Source of the DNA: Alphaproteobacteria bacterium
GTDB lineage: Bacteria; Pseudomonadota; Alphaproteobacteria; Rs-D84
Length of the DNA: 32,000 nucleotides
Assembly: GCA_017475605.1 (NCBI GenBank)
Contig: JAFVFD010000005.1
Span: forward strand, 330,001 to 362,000
Direction of reading: 5' to 3'
Below are positions 1 to 9,691 of this stretch, in pieces (position 1 is the first letter of the stretch; each line of letters starts with the position of its first letter). Under the pieces are notes generated by a model that made no database searches, was not told the origin of the DNA, and was given only the letters and a program-made list of their open reading frames with translations. The position numbers were made by a program, and so were the translations under genes.

Positions 1-605
1 GGTGTCCCAGCCAAATCATTATTATACCTTTTTTCCAACCCTGTAATTCCGGTTGTATAGAAAGGTGCCGCCGCAATTGGTTTTGCAGGTTCGCCTACAT
101 AGCCCAAAAATTGTGAACCGGCCGGCCCCATTTCATAAATACGCGCAAACCCATTCGCCACCCGTAACCCAGGCAGATTTTTTGCCTGTATTTTTGCTAA
201 TTCAGACCAATCTGTATTCTGACTTACCAATACAGGCTGAAAAGCCGGTTGTTTCGCGATTTTTTCGCGTATCTTTTTTACCCTTTTTTCCCGCAGGTTT
301 AATTCATGCGCAACTGTATCAACCAAACTGTCCACATCGTCCGATTCTTCGGGAACGATGTATATGCGGTAAATTGGCGTATCGCGCGAAAGTGGGGTAC
401 CATTTCTTGATAATATTTTTCCGCGTGGTGGCATATTTATTTGAATGCGAAAAGAATTATTTTCGCTTTGTTTCAAATAAGATTTATGATTAAACACCTG
501 CATCTGTAACATACGCAATACCAACACAGATGTTAAAATTGCGCCACCCCCAAGAAACAGTGCACTGCGACGATCGAAAAGATTTGATATTTCTTTATCT
601 ATCAC
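1..605 (-). CDS. mrdA: Penicillin-binding protein 2 (peptidoglycan D,D-transpeptidase MrdA), N-terminal part; the gene continues past the left window edge
   Basis: Absent from the ORF track because it is open at the window edge. My reverse translation of 1-605 is uninterrupted: (V)IDKEISNLFDRRSALFLGGGAILTSVLVLRMLQMQVFNHKSYLKQSENNSFRIQINMPPRGKILSRNGTPLSRDTPIYRIYIVPEE...GSQFLGYVGEPAK...TGITGLEKRYNNDLAGT. That is a TM anchor followed by the PBP2 N-terminal domain pattern. It lies directly downstream of mreC-mreD. GTG at 605 is the only start candidate after the in-frame stop and overlaps the mreD end by 11 nt. Confidence 0.75.
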   Translation of the reverse strand, partial: MIDKEISNLFDRRSALFLGGGAILTSVLVLRMLQMQVFNHKSYLKQSENNSFRIQINMPPRGKILSRNGTPLSRDTPIYRIYIVPEESDDVDSLVDTVAHELNLREKRVKKIREKIAKQPAFQPVLVSQNTDWSELAKIQAKNLPGLRVANGFARIYEMGPAGSQFLGYVGEPAKPIAAAPFYTTGITGLEKRYNNDLAGT

Positions 606-1053
606 GATGCACCACCCGTATAAGATTTGTTATTGGTAAATAAAGCGCAACCATCCACGCAAATGTCCATATAAGCCGACCAAACACCGTCCAATTTATA
701 TGTATTATTTCAGATAATACTAGCCCAACACCCACAAATACCATAAAGAAGTCTATTGCGTTATATTCAAGTTCTGGTAAATCTACGATAAATTGAAAAC
801 CATTTATCGCATAGCAAAGGCAATAAATAATTGTCCAATAACAAAGTCGCCCCAAATTATAATCAATTAAAAAACAAAACAATAAACCAAATGGCATAAA
901 CCATGGAACCGGCCGAATGAATGTACAATAAAATATCGGAACAAGTGCCAGTATCCCACCTGGATTCCAAAACGGAATTGCCAATCGCCACAAAAATACA
1001 ACCGTTAAAAACGGAAATGCGGCGCGTAAAAAATTAACAATTTTTTCAATCAT
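595..1053 (-). CDS. mreD: Rod shape-determining protein MreD (polytopic membrane protein)
   Basis: 152 aa and very hydrophobic. Its ATG overlaps the mreC stop (ATGA overlap at 1050-1053). Its position between mreC and mrdA is the canonical one. Confidence 0.75.
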   Translation of the reverse strand: MIEKIVNFLRAAFPFLTVVFLWRLAIPFWNPGGILALVPIFYCTFIRPVPWFMPFGLLFCFLIDYNLGRLCYWTIIYCLCYAINGFQFIVDLPELEYNAIDFFMVFVGVGLVLSEIIHINWTVFGRLIWTFAWMVALYLPITNLIRVVHRDR

Positions 1054-1871
1054 TTGTATTCTGTTTCGGTGTCGAATTGTAATACAATTACACGCGACAG
1101 TGTGCCGGGTTGTAATACATCAACATCTGTCTGATTCTTCATTTTTCCGACATAAATACCTGCGGGTAAAACACCGCTTATATTACTGGTAATTAAACTT
1201 AAATCTGCGGCGGCACGAAATTGAGGATCGCTAAAAAATCCAATTGTTGGGGTCGCAGAACCGTTGCCTGATAGAAAACCATAAACCTCGTACCCGGCGA
1301 TACGGACGGCAATATTTGTGTCAGAATCTGTAACCGCACGTACACGCGCAAAACCAGCCCCCGCATCAATAACCATACCCGCAAATTGATTTGAAGTAGA
1401 TACCACGACCATACCGGGCGCAATACCATCATTTGTTCCGCGGTTTATTATAAATATATTATGGTGTAATGCGCGGTAATCATGAATAACATCCGCAATA
1501 ATTGCCTTGTGCGGTATTTGCGCGACAATACCTATTTCATTTGCCATTTTTTTGTTTTCAGCAATAGATATTTCGCATTGTGTGCGGGTTGCCATTGCTT
1601 CGTCCAGGCGGACGCGTAATTCTTCGTTTTCTGCGCGCAGGGTCGATAATTCGTGTAAATTATCAAACATATCGCCCACAACACGTACCGGCCATGTTAT
1701 AACATCACCAACCGCATTTGCCACAGGTAACACAATATGCGCCAGACCGTTCATTATACGATAGTCAGGCTTTGCAATCATGATATAGATAAACAGAACA
1801 GGCAAAACCGCCGCCGCCGCCGCGGATTTTATAATTGTCATGATTTTGGAATATACCGAAGTCTGTATCAT
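1050..1871 (-). CDS. mreC: Rod shape-determining protein MreC
   Basis: 273 aa with an N-terminal TM segment, a coiled-coil stretch (LRAENEELRVRLDEA) and a C-terminal beta-rich domain. Synteny with mreD and mrdA supports the call. Confidence 0.85.
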   Translation of the reverse strand: MIQTSVYSKIMTIIKSAAAAAVLPVLFIYIMIAKPDYRIMNGLAHIVLPVANAVGDVITWPVRVVGDMFDNLHELSTLRAENEELRVRLDEAMATRTQCEISIAENKKMANEIGIVAQIPHKAIIADVIHDYRALHHNIFIINRGTNDGIAPGMVVVSTSNQFAGMVIDAGAGFARVRAVTDSDTNIAVRIAGYEVYGFLSGNGSATPTIGFFSDPQFRAAADLSLITSNISGVLPAGIYVGKMKNQTDVDVLQPGTLSRVIVLQFDTETEYK

Positions 1872-2009
1872 CGGTTTTCAGTTTAATCACCAAAAACCGA
1901 ATACGCAATAAAAACTTGATTTTTTGTTTTATTATGCCAGAATATAGGCAAGTTAGGTGTCCAAAGTGGCATATGGCAGCCATCAGGACGATTAAAAAAA
2001 GAGGTTAAA

Positions 2010-2213
2010 ATGCCAAAATTAAAAACAAAGTCGTACTTGAAAAAGCGCGCATCTATGACTGCAACGGGTAAAATTCGCGTTGCCAGAAATGCTCACAAAA
2101 AATTACTGCGTCACAAATCGAAACGCGCGAATAACGCTGGTTCGAAAGCACAGTATTTGAACGAAAATATGGTCGGTCAGGCGAAAATCTTGGCTCCGTA
2201 TGGTTTGAAATAA
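2010..2213 (+). CDS. rpmI: 50S ribosomal protein L35
   Basis: 67 aa and highly basic, starting MPKLKTKSYLKKR... An AGAGG SD lies 6 nt upstream. rplT follows immediately. Confidence 0.95.
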   Translation: MPKLKTKSYLKKRASMTATGKIRVARNAHKKLLRHKSKRANNAGSKAQYLNENMVGQAKILAPYGLK

Positions 2214-2228
2214 TAAAGGGGGCACATT

Positions 2229-2597
2229 ATGGCAAGAGTAAAACGCGGAACAACCGTTAAACAAAAACACAATAAAATCTTGGCTCGTGCCAAGGGGTAT
2301 CTTGGTCGCCACAGCACAACATATCGTGCCGCCCGCGAAAAAACAGAAAAAGCGGGACAATACGCATATCGCGATCGTCGTGTCAAAAAACGCGAATTTC
2401 GTGGTTTGTGGATTGTTCGTATCAATGCAGCGGTACGCACACATGGTTTGACTTACAGCCAATTTATGAACGGATTAAAGAAAGCAGGTGTTAGCCTGGA
2501 TCGCAAGGTTTTGGCCCAAATGGCATATGCCGGCGATGAAAACTTCGTTAAATTGGTTGATACCGCAAAACGATTTACGGCTGGGGATAATAAATAA
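2229..2597 (+). CDS. rplT: 50S ribosomal protein L20
   Basis: 122 aa. [24 protein letters not shown]... is the hallmark L20 N-terminus. It sits in the rpmI-rplT-pheST arrangement. Confidence 0.97.
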   Translation: MARVKRGTTVKQKHNKILARAKGYLGRHSTTYRAAREKTEKAGQYAYRDRRVKKREFRGLWIVRINAAVRTHGLTYSQFMNGLKKAGVSLDRKVLAQMAYAGDENFVKLVDTAKRFTAGDNK

Positions 2598-2630
2598 ACC
2601 CTTGGCGGTGGTGTTTTGTTTTGTAATAAT

Positions 2631-2661
2631 AAGACCGTCAAGCGACGGTCTTGTTTATTTA
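2631..2661 (+). terminator. Intrinsic terminator or attenuator hairpin between rplT and pheS
   Basis: AAGACCGTC-aagc-GACGGTCTT (9-bp stem, 4-nt loop, 2631-2652) followed by GTTTATTTA. It ends 24 nt before the pheS ATG. Confidence 0.7.
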
Positions 2662-2676
2662 TAAAAGGTACAAGTT

Positions 2677-3624
2677 ATGCAGGAACAAATTAAAAAAATT
2701 GATACACTGGAAGAATTACAGGCATTGTATACCGCGACATTTGGTAAAAATGGCACGATGACGGCACGCCTTAAAACGATGAAAGATTTATCAAACGATG
2801 AACGCGCCGCATTAAATCGTGAAAATGTCGAATTGCGCGATTTATTTAAGTCGCGCCAGGCGGAAATTGAAAATAATGTCATGATGGCGGCATTAAAACG
2901 CGAAAAATTAGACCCTTCGTTAAACGCATTACCGGAAAATCGCGGAACATTACATCCGGTAACACAAAGTTTGCGTGAAATATCGGCAATTTTGGAATCT
3001 TTTGGTTATTCCCTGCGTACTGGTCCGGAAATAGAAGACGACTGGCATAACTTTACCGCCTTGAATACACCATCGTATCACCCTGCCCGCGATATGCAGG
3101 ATACATTCTTTTTACCAAATGGTAATGTTTTGCGTACCCAAACAAGTGCAATTCAGATTCGTTCCATGGAACAAGATGGTGTGCCAATCAAGATTTTTGG
3201 TATTGGTTCCACTTATCGCAAGGAAATGGACGCGACACATGCGCCTATGTTCCGTCAAATAGAAGGTTTATATGTTGATAAAAATATAACAATGTCTGAT
3301 TTGGTTGCGGATATTCGTGCGTTTTTGTCGGCATTTTTTGGAATGAAAACGATAGAATTGCGTATTCGCCCATCGTATTTCCCGTTTACAGACCCCAGTA
3401 TAGAAGTTGATATGAAATGGCATGGTGGTAAATGGTTGGAAATTATGGGGGCCGGAATGGTTCACCCAAATGTATTGCGTAATTGTAATATAGACCCAGA
3501 TGTATACCAAGGTTTTGCCTTTGGTTTTGGGTGGGACCGACTTGCTATGCTGAAATATGGACTGGACGATATACGTGAATTTTCAGCGTCTGATGTGCGC
3601 TGGTTAAAAAACAGTGGGTTTTAA
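2677..3624 (+). CDS. pheS: Phenylalanyl-tRNA synthetase alpha subunit
   Basis: 315 aa. Class II core motifs are present (HPARDMQDTFF, FRQIEGL, GFAFGFGWDRLAML). pheT follows. Confidence 0.95.
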   Translation: MQEQIKKIDTLEELQALYTATFGKNGTMTARLKTMKDLSNDERAALNRENVELRDLFKSRQAEIENNVMMAALKREKLDPSLNALPENRGTLHPVTQSLREISAILESFGYSLRTGPEIEDDWHNFTALNTPSYHPARDMQDTFFLPNGNVLRTQTSAIQIRSMEQDGVPIKIFGIGSTYRKEMDATHAPMFRQIEGLYVDKNITMSDLVADIRAFLSAFFGMKTIELRIRPSYFPFTDPSIEVDMKWHGGKWLEIMGAGMVHPNVLRNCNIDPDVYQGFAFGFGWDRLAMLKYGLDDIREFSASDVRWLKNSGF

Positions 3625-3640
3625 GATACGGGGGCAAATT

Positions 3641-5947
3641 ATGAAATGGACTTTTGATTGGTTAAAAGAATACCTGGATACAAAATTGTCGGCAAATGGA
3701 ATCGCCGATGAATTGACCCGTATCGGACTGGAAGTTGAAGATTTATCATCACCCATCGCGCCAATTGCGGCAAAAATTGTTGAATGTAAAGCACTAACGG
3801 GCAGCGACCATTTACACGTGTTAATGGTGGACGATGGCACCGGAACATTGCGTCAGGTTGTCTGTGGTGCGCCAAATGCGCGTGTTGGGCTGATTTCTGC
3901 ACTGGCATTGCCGGGGTGTGTGATTGATGGTCATGAAATTAAATCCGGTAAATTGCGTGGTGTGGAATCAAATGGAATGATGTGCAGTGCGCGCGAACTT
4001 GGTATCGGCGACGATCACAGTGGTATTATTGAATTGCCCGCCAAAACAAAAATAGGTTCATCCGTTTTGGATGTGAAAACAGTGTTTGATGCCGGCATTA
4101 CACCAAATCGTCCGGACTATTTGTCGGTACGTGGGGTGGCACTTGATTTATCTGCGGCGGACGCGGGTAAATATATTGGAACCGAACCCAACGAATTAAA
4201 ACCGGTGAAATCGGCGCGTGGTGTGCGTGTTGAAACAGATTTATGTAATGTATATCGTATGGCTGAAATTCATAATATTAAAATGGCTAAAAGCAGTGAA
4301 AAAATAGCATCACGCCTGGCAGCCATCGGAATTAACCCGAAAAATGCACCAATTGATGCGACAAACTATGTTTGTTATGACATGGGACAACCAATGCATT
4401 GTTTTGATGCGGACAGGGTTTCTGGTGATATTGTTGTGCGCATGGCGCGTAACGGCGAAGAATTCACAGATTTGTTTGGTAACACCCATGAATTAAAATC
4501 AACCGATATTGTTATCGCCGATGATGCGGGTATTTTGGCATTGGCGGGTGTCGTTGGTGGCGCGCGTGCGATGACGACAGATGAAACCAAAAACATTATT
4601 TTGGAATCGGCATATTTTAATCCAGTTGCTGTGCGCAAAACATCAAAACGGCTGGGAATATCAACTGATTCATCATATCGCTATGAACGCGGAATTGACC
4701 CAACGATGACAGGTCGTGCGCTGGGGTTGGCGACTGAAATTATCATGGCACAATGTGGTGGTAAAATTGTGGGTACTGTTATTGCCGGTAAAAACAAATA
4801 CACACCGCGCCATATAAAATATTCACCAGATATGTTGGCTAAAAAGACAGGTATTGATATTGATGCGAAAACCCAGGAAAAGATTTTAACAAAACTTGGG
4901 TACGATATTGACATCAAGAAATCTTACTGGAATATAACCCCACGTCCTGCGCGTGTTGATGTGGAAATACCTGAAACAATAATCGCAGATTTAATAAGAA
5001 TCTATGGTTATGAAAAAATCGCACAATCAACAAAACGCACATCGGGTATCGCGGCGGTGGCGCATGACAGTTTTGAAATAAAAATAAAAATGCAACTGGC
5101 GGCGCGTGGCTTGAACGAATGCCAAACATTTGGTTTTGGTAATTCTGAAATCGAAAGTATTTTATCAGATAAGCCATCTGTAAAAATAGCAAATCCGATT
5201 ACGAATGAACTTGATACTGCGCGGAATACATTGTTGGAAAATCTGCTGATTGCGGTGGCAAATAATGAGAAGCGCGGATATGGCGATTTGAACTTATTTG
5301 AACTGGGGACGGTGTTTGATGGCGATATGCCGGGCGAACAACACACACAAATCGCGATTGTTCGTACAGGCGCAAATTCGCCAAAGCACTGGACACATCG
5401 CAATCGTAATGTTGATATTTATGATGTCAAGGCAGATCTTGTATCGTTAATGTGTGGTCAAAACTTTACAGTATCTGTGGATAACGCACCACTTTGGGCG
5501 CACCCATTTCAATATGGCAAGGTTGTCCAGGGTAAAAAAGTTATTGCCGAATTTGGCGCATTACATCCGGTGGTTGCAAAAAAACTACATATTAAAACAC
5601 CGGTTGTTGTTGCGATTGTTGATAATATTGATAACTTGCCGCGGGGTTGGAAATTGAAACACGAAACATTAAGTGATTTTCAACCGATAACACGCGATTT
5701 CGCATTTATTGTGGATGCGGATACCATGGCGGAAAGTTTGACTGGCACCGCAATATCAACGGATAAACGCATAACATCTGCGGTTGTGTTTGATTCGTTT
5801 AATATGGCTGACGGTAAAAAATCAATTGCGTTCACAATTACTATTATTCCAACAGAAAACATGAACGATTCCGAATTACAAAAATTACAAGATGCGGTTA
5901 TCGCAAATGTAGAGAAAAAATGTAACGCAAAAATAAGGGATAAATAG
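3641..5947 (+). CDS. pheT: Phenylalanyl-tRNA synthetase beta subunit
   Basis: The track ORF runs 3614-5947. I prefer the ATG at 3641 (MKWTFDWLKEYL..., the typical PheT N-terminus), which is preceded by GGGGGCAAATT. It has an N-terminal tRNA-binding fold (VVCGAPNARVG...GVESNGMMCS), a B3/4 region and a C-terminal FDX-ACB-like domain. Confidence 0.95.
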   Translation: MKWTFDWLKEYLDTKLSANGIADELTRIGLEVEDLSSPIAPIAAKIVECKALTGSDHLHVLMVDDGTGTLRQVVCGAPNARVGLISALALPGCVIDGHEIKSGKLRGVESNGMMCSARELGIGDDHSGIIELPAKTKIGSSVLDVKTVFDAGITPNRPDYLSVRGVALDLSAADAGKYIGTEPNELKPVKSARGVRVETDLCNVYRMAEIHNIKMAKSSEKIASRLAAIGINPKNAPIDATNYVCYDMGQPMHCFDADRVSGDIVVRMARNGEEFTDLFGNTHELKSTDIVIADDAGILALAGVVGGARAMTTDETKNIILESAYFNPVAVRKTSKRLGISTDSSYRYERGIDPTMTGRALGLATEIIMAQCGGKIVGTVIAGKNKYTPRHIKYSPDMLAKKTGIDIDAKTQEKILTKLGYDIDIKKSYWNITPRPARVDVEIPETIIADLIRIYGYEKIAQSTKRTSGIAAVAHDSFEIKIKMQLAARGLNECQTFGFGNSEIESILSDKPSVKIANPITNELDTARNTLLENLLIAVANNEKRGYGDLNLFELGTVFDGDMPGEQHTQIAIVRTGANSPKHWTHRNRNVDIYDVKADLVSLMCGQNFTVSVDNAPLWAHPFQYGKVVQGKKVIAEFGALHPVVAKKLHIKTPVVVAIVDNIDNLPRGWKLKHETLSDFQPITRDFAFIVDADTMAESLTGTAISTDKRITSAVVFDSFNMADGKKSIAFTITIIPTENMNDSELQKLQDAVIANVEKKCNAKIRDK

Positions 5948-5951
5948 GAAT

Positions 5952-5981
5952 AAAAAATACCGGCTTTTGCCGGTGTTTTTT
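5952..5981. terminator. Bidirectional intrinsic terminator, repeat-family copy 1 (pheT vs nth)
   Basis: AAAAAAT-ACCGGC-tttt-GCCGGT-GTTTTTT. An A-run lies on one side and a T-run on the other, at a convergent gene junction. Confidence 0.8.
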
Positions 5982-6636
5982 ATATTTTTTTATCTTTACA
6001 TTCGCACCATTTTGCAACGGGACATTCACCGCACTTTGGGCTTATTGCCCGACAGATATATCGCCCATGTAAAACCATAACATGATTTACAATCGCGTGA
6101 TATTTTTTCGGAATAACAGTTAATAACTTTGCCTCGACTTTTTCAGGTGTGTTTTCCGCATCACCGACCCAGCCATATCGATGCGCGTTGCGAAAAACAT
6201 GTGTATCAACACCAATGTTTGGTGCGCCCCACAAAACATTCATAATAACATTTGCGGTCTTTTGCCCGATGCCAGGCAATTTCATAAGTTCATCGCGATT
6301 ATGATATTTTTTTGGAAATACCCATTGGTTATTATCCGTCTTGTATTCGGCGAGTTTTTCAGATAATGCAAAAATATTTTTCGCCTTGTTATTAAAAAAT
6401 GATATTTGTGAAATATATTTTTTAATTCCATCAATACCCAACGCCACCATTTTTTCAGGTGTTGGTGCCGCGGCAAATAATGCAGGGGTTACTTCGTTGA
6501 CCTTTTTATCGGTGGCCTGGGCCGACAAAATTACCGCGACCGCAAATGTGAATTCGTTGGTATGTGTTAATTCAGAACGAATTTCCATATTTATGGATTT
6601 TGGGACCACGGTAAAATATCTGTCGGGTGTAATCAT
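5980..6636 (-). CDS. nth: Endonuclease III (DNA glycosylase/AP lyase)
   Basis: 218 aa with an HhH-GPD core (LSAQATDKKVN, LPGIGQKTANV) and a C-terminal 4Fe-4S cluster loop, C-x6-C-x2-C-x5-C (CRAISPKCGECPVAKWC). Its ATG overlaps the ileS stop (TAATG). Confidence 0.93.
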   Translation of the reverse strand: MITPDRYFTVVPKSINMEIRSELTHTNEFTFAVAVILSAQATDKKVNEVTPALFAAAPTPEKMVALGIDGIKKYISQISFFNNKAKNIFALSEKLAEYKTDNNQWVFPKKYHNRDELMKLPGIGQKTANVIMNVLWGAPNIGVDTHVFRNAHRYGWVGDAENTPEKVEAKLLTVIPKKYHAIVNHVMVLHGRYICRAISPKCGECPVAKWCECKDKKI

Positions 6637-9600
6637 TATATCTTTTCAATTGTGATTGCAAACGCATAGCCTTCGATTTCGGTTTTGTATTCGCCGATAC
6701 CTGTTTCCATTTCACGAATCAGCGCATCGCGCATAATACGTTTTTGGTGTGCGCGAATCGCAACATCCAGTCCCGGGTCCGCAGAATACACTATCTTGAT
6801 TCGGTCGGAAACATCCAGGCCGATTTCTTTGCGTGTATCCTGGATAAAGCGCAGCGCATCGTTCGCCAACCCTTCGGCAACCAATTCGGCATTGATTTCT
6901 GTATTCAACACCACAACCGCGGTATTATCTGGTAATGCCGCACCGGTTATACCATCACGCATGGTAAGGCGCATTTCAAATTCATCTGGTTCCAGTGTAT
7001 ATTCGCCGACAATCAATTTATTACCATCGATTGTGTAATTGCCGGATTTTACCGATGGAATAATCTTGCTTAATGCACCACCCAGACGCGCGCCAATCTT
7101 TGGCGTAATTAAATACACAAATGAATCAGCAACGTCGGCAGTGTTCGCGCGGAACTTAACATTTTTCACATTTAATTCATCGGCAATGATATCAACATAT
7201 TCCGACAAATCGGCACCAGCAATTGTCATGTCAGACAACGGCAAACGATTACGCAATTTATATTGTTCGCGTAATTGTTTTCCGGTTGATACAACCATTT
7301 GCACACGACGCATATCGTTTACGATTTTTTCATCCGTTTCTTTCGCCATCGGAAAATCGGTCAAATGCACAGATTCCGCACCCGTCAGATTCTTGTAAAT
7401 ATATTCACTTATAAACGGTGCAAACGGCGCCAATGCGCGACAAAGCGTGGTTAAAACCACATACAATGTGTTAAACGCTGACTGGTCTTCGTCCCAGAAA
7501 CGCGCACGCGACCGGCGAATATACCAATTGTTTAATATGTCCAGGAATCGTACAAACTCTTTTATTGCAACATCTGGTTTGTATTCGTCAAGTGCTTCGC
7601 CAACCGTTCTAACCAACACATTTAATTCAGATAAAATATATTTATCCAATGCGTTTTGTGAAGACGCATCATCGGTCGCGGTGATGTTGCCCGCGTTCGC
7701 ATACAGTGTAAAGAAATGATATGCGTTCCAAAGTGGCGTTAAAATAGTTTTAATTGGTTCGCCAAAAACTTTACCTTCTTTATCCATACAAATTGGTTCG
7801 GCTTTCATAAAATTACTGCCCTGGATAAACAGACGAATTGCATCTGCACCGTATGTTTCAAATGAATCACTTGGGTCAGAATAGTTGTGTAATGATTTAG
7901 AAAACTTGCGTTTTTGTTCGTCCAATGCCATACCATTCGCAGATACTGTTTTGAACGCGGGTTTATCAAACAATGCCACCGCCATAATCATCAATGCATA
8001 GAACCAGCCACGGGTTTGATCCTGGCCTTCGATAATATAATCTGCGGGGAATGTTGCGGCAAATTTATCTTTGTTTTCAAATGGGTAATGCAAACGCGCA
8101 AACGGCATAGAACCACTTTCCACCCAGCAATCAAGAACATCACTTATGCGTTTCCAGCCATCGCGTTCCAATTTATCCAATGTTGGTCGGTGTAAATCAT
8201 CAATTTTTGTACCAAAGAATTCTTCCATTTCCGCTATTGAACCGAATACCTTGTATTCGCCATTTCGTTCCCAAATTGGTAATGGTACACCCCAAAAACG
8301 ATTACGCGAAATACCCCATGGGCGTGCGCCCTCGATCCATGACAAGAAACGATTTCCCGCTGATGTCCATGTTGTGTCGCGTTTTGTAATTTCAACAACA
8401 CGGTCACGGATTTTTGGCACATCAATATACCACGCATCCGTTGCACGATAGATTAATTTTTCATGGCTGCGCGGGCCAAATGGATAACTGTGTTTATGTT
8501 GTGCCTTTTGTACCAGGCGCCCGTTTTGTTTCAACCAATCGATAATTTTTGGGTTTGCGACAAAAATATTTTCACCAGCCCAATCGGTCACGGTCGCATC
8601 AAAATTACCATAGTCATCAACATTTAAGATAATCGGGAAAGACGAATCAACATTACGTGCGGCGATATAGTCATCTTCACCAAACGCGGGCGCAATATGC
8701 ACGATTCCCGTGCCATCACCGTCCGATACATAGTCCGCACCGATAATGGTGTGCAGTGATTTATTTTCCGCATGCATATTTGCATAATAATCAAATATCG
8801 GTGTATAGCGCATACCGATTAAATCGGCACCCATAACTTCGCCAACGCGTTCCGCATCGGCAAAAACTTTGTCATAGGCTTTTAAACGCGATTCCGCCAA
8901 AACATATACATGGCCGTCCGCGTGACGCATACGAACATATTTCATTGTTGGGTTCACCGCCAACGCAGAATTTGCCGGCAATGTCCACGGTGTTGTTGTC
9001 CATGCAATTGCACGGTCACCATTTTCCAGTTCAAACCAAACGGTCACTGTATCATCAACAATATCTTGATATTCGCTTGACGCTTCGGAATTAGACAAAA
9101 CTGTTCCCAATTTCCAATCGTATGGGTTTACCTTGAAATCTTTATACAACAAACCCCGGTCATATAACTGCTTTAATGCCCAGATAACAGATTCCATGTA
9201 ATTTTTATCCATGGTGCGATAACCATATTCGTTACCACCATCAACCCAACGACCAATGCGTTCAATATAGTATAACCATTCGTTTGTATATGTTAATACA
9301 TCAGCGCGGCACATTTCACAAAAATCGCCAATGCCAGATTCTGCAACAATATCCTTGGCACTTTTGTTTTGCTTTTTTTCAACACTGTTTTCAGCCGGCA
9401 ATCCATGGCAATCCCAGCCCAGTTCACGTTCCACATGAAAACCACGCATAGTTTTATAGCGTGATACCATATCCTTTATCGCAGATACCCCTAAATGTCC
9501 CAGGTGTGGCAATCCGTTTCCAAACGGTGGCCCGTCATAGAACGAAAACGGATGTCCCAATTTGGTGCGATTCAACGATTTATGAAAAGTATCATCATCG

Positions 9601-9671
9601 CGCCAAAACGCCATTATTTCGCGTTCAATCTGCGGAAAGTTTGCTTTTGCATCGGTCTTTGGATATGCCAT
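6636..9671 (-). CDS. ileS: Isoleucyl-tRNA synthetase, long type-2 (eukaryote-like) form
   Basis: 1011 aa. It carries a class I HIGH motif (PHLGHLG in FYDGPPFGNGLPHLGH), a KMSKS motif as KFSKSLHNYSDP, and a CP1 editing insert (TTTPWTLPAN). Confidence 0.95.
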   Translation of the reverse strand: MAYPKTDAKANFPQIEREIMAFWRDDDTFHKSLNRTKLGHPFSFYDGPPFGNGLPHLGHLGVSAIKDMVSRYKTMRGFHVERELGWDCHGLPAENSVEKKQNKSAKDIVAESGIGDFCEMCRADVLTYTNEWLYYIERIGRWVDGGNEYGYRTMDKNYMESVIWALKQLYDRGLLYKDFKVNPYDWKLGTVLSNSEASSEYQDIVDDTVTVWFELENGDRAIAWTTTPWTLPANSALAVNPTMKYVRMRHADGHVYVLAESRLKAYDKVFADAERVGEVMGADLIGMRYTPIFDYYANMHAENKSLHTIIGADYVSDGDGTGIVHIAPAFGEDDYIAARNVDSSFPIILNVDDYGNFDATVTDWAGENIFVANPKIIDWLKQNGRLVQKAQHKHSYPFGPRSHEKLIYRATDAWYIDVPKIRDRVVEITKRDTTWTSAGNRFLSWIEGARPWGISRNRFWGVPLPIWERNGEYKVFGSIAEMEEFFGTKIDDLHRPTLDKLERDGWKRISDVLDCWVESGSMPFARLHYPFENKDKFAATFPADYIIEGQDQTRGWFYALMIMAVALFDKPAFKTVSANGMALDEQKRKFSKSLHNYSDPSDSFETYGADAIRLFIQGSNFMKAEPICMDKEGKVFGEPIKTILTPLWNAYHFFTLYANAGNITATDDASSQNALDKYILSELNVLVRTVGEALDEYKPDVAIKEFVRFLDILNNWYIRRSRARFWDEDQSAFNTLYVVLTTLCRALAPFAPFISEYIYKNLTGAESVHLTDFPMAKETDEKIVNDMRRVQMVVSTGKQLREQYKLRNRLPLSDMTIAGADLSEYVDIIADELNVKNVKFRANTADVADSFVYLITPKIGARLGGALSKIIPSVKSGNYTIDGNKLIVGEYTLEPDEFEMRLTMRDGITGAALPDNTAVVVLNTEINAELVAEGLANDALRFIQDTRKEIGLDVSDRIKIVYSADPGLDVAIRAHQKRIMRDALIREMETGIGEYKTEIEGYAFAITIEKI

Positions 9672-9691
9672 TTGTTTTACCCTTTATTTAT

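Noticed and set aside
53-493. 146-aa ORF on the plus strand at the left edge
   Set aside because: It lies antisense to an uninterrupted minus-strand frame that translates into a convincing PBP2 N-terminus. It starts with TTG and its product is low-complexity with no motifs. It is a shadow ORF.
1871-1900. 8-bp inverted repeat TCGGTTTT-N14-AAAACCGA abutting the mreC start codon
   Set aside because: It could occlude the mreC initiation region, or it could be part of the divergent promoter region. The stem is AT-rich and weak with a 14-nt loop, and I cannot assign a function from sequence alone.
1934-2008. 24-codon uORF (or 11 codons from the ATG at 1973: MAAIRTIKKRG) ending 1 nt before the rpmI ATG
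   Set aside because: The first ATG overlaps the most plausible rpmI promoter (TTGATT at 1916-1921, with -10 near 1940-1946). There is no SD. The reading frame simply covers the A-rich SD region of rpmI. No evidence beyond an open frame supports it.
2602-2664. Possible Phe leader peptide (TTG/GTG start, AVVFCFVIIRPSSDGLVYL) in front of pheS
   Set aside because: It has only two non-adjacent Phe codons, no ATG and no SD, and it reads straight through the hairpin instead of stopping before it. This is not enough to call a pheM analogue. It is kept only as a caveat in the pheS hairpin finding.
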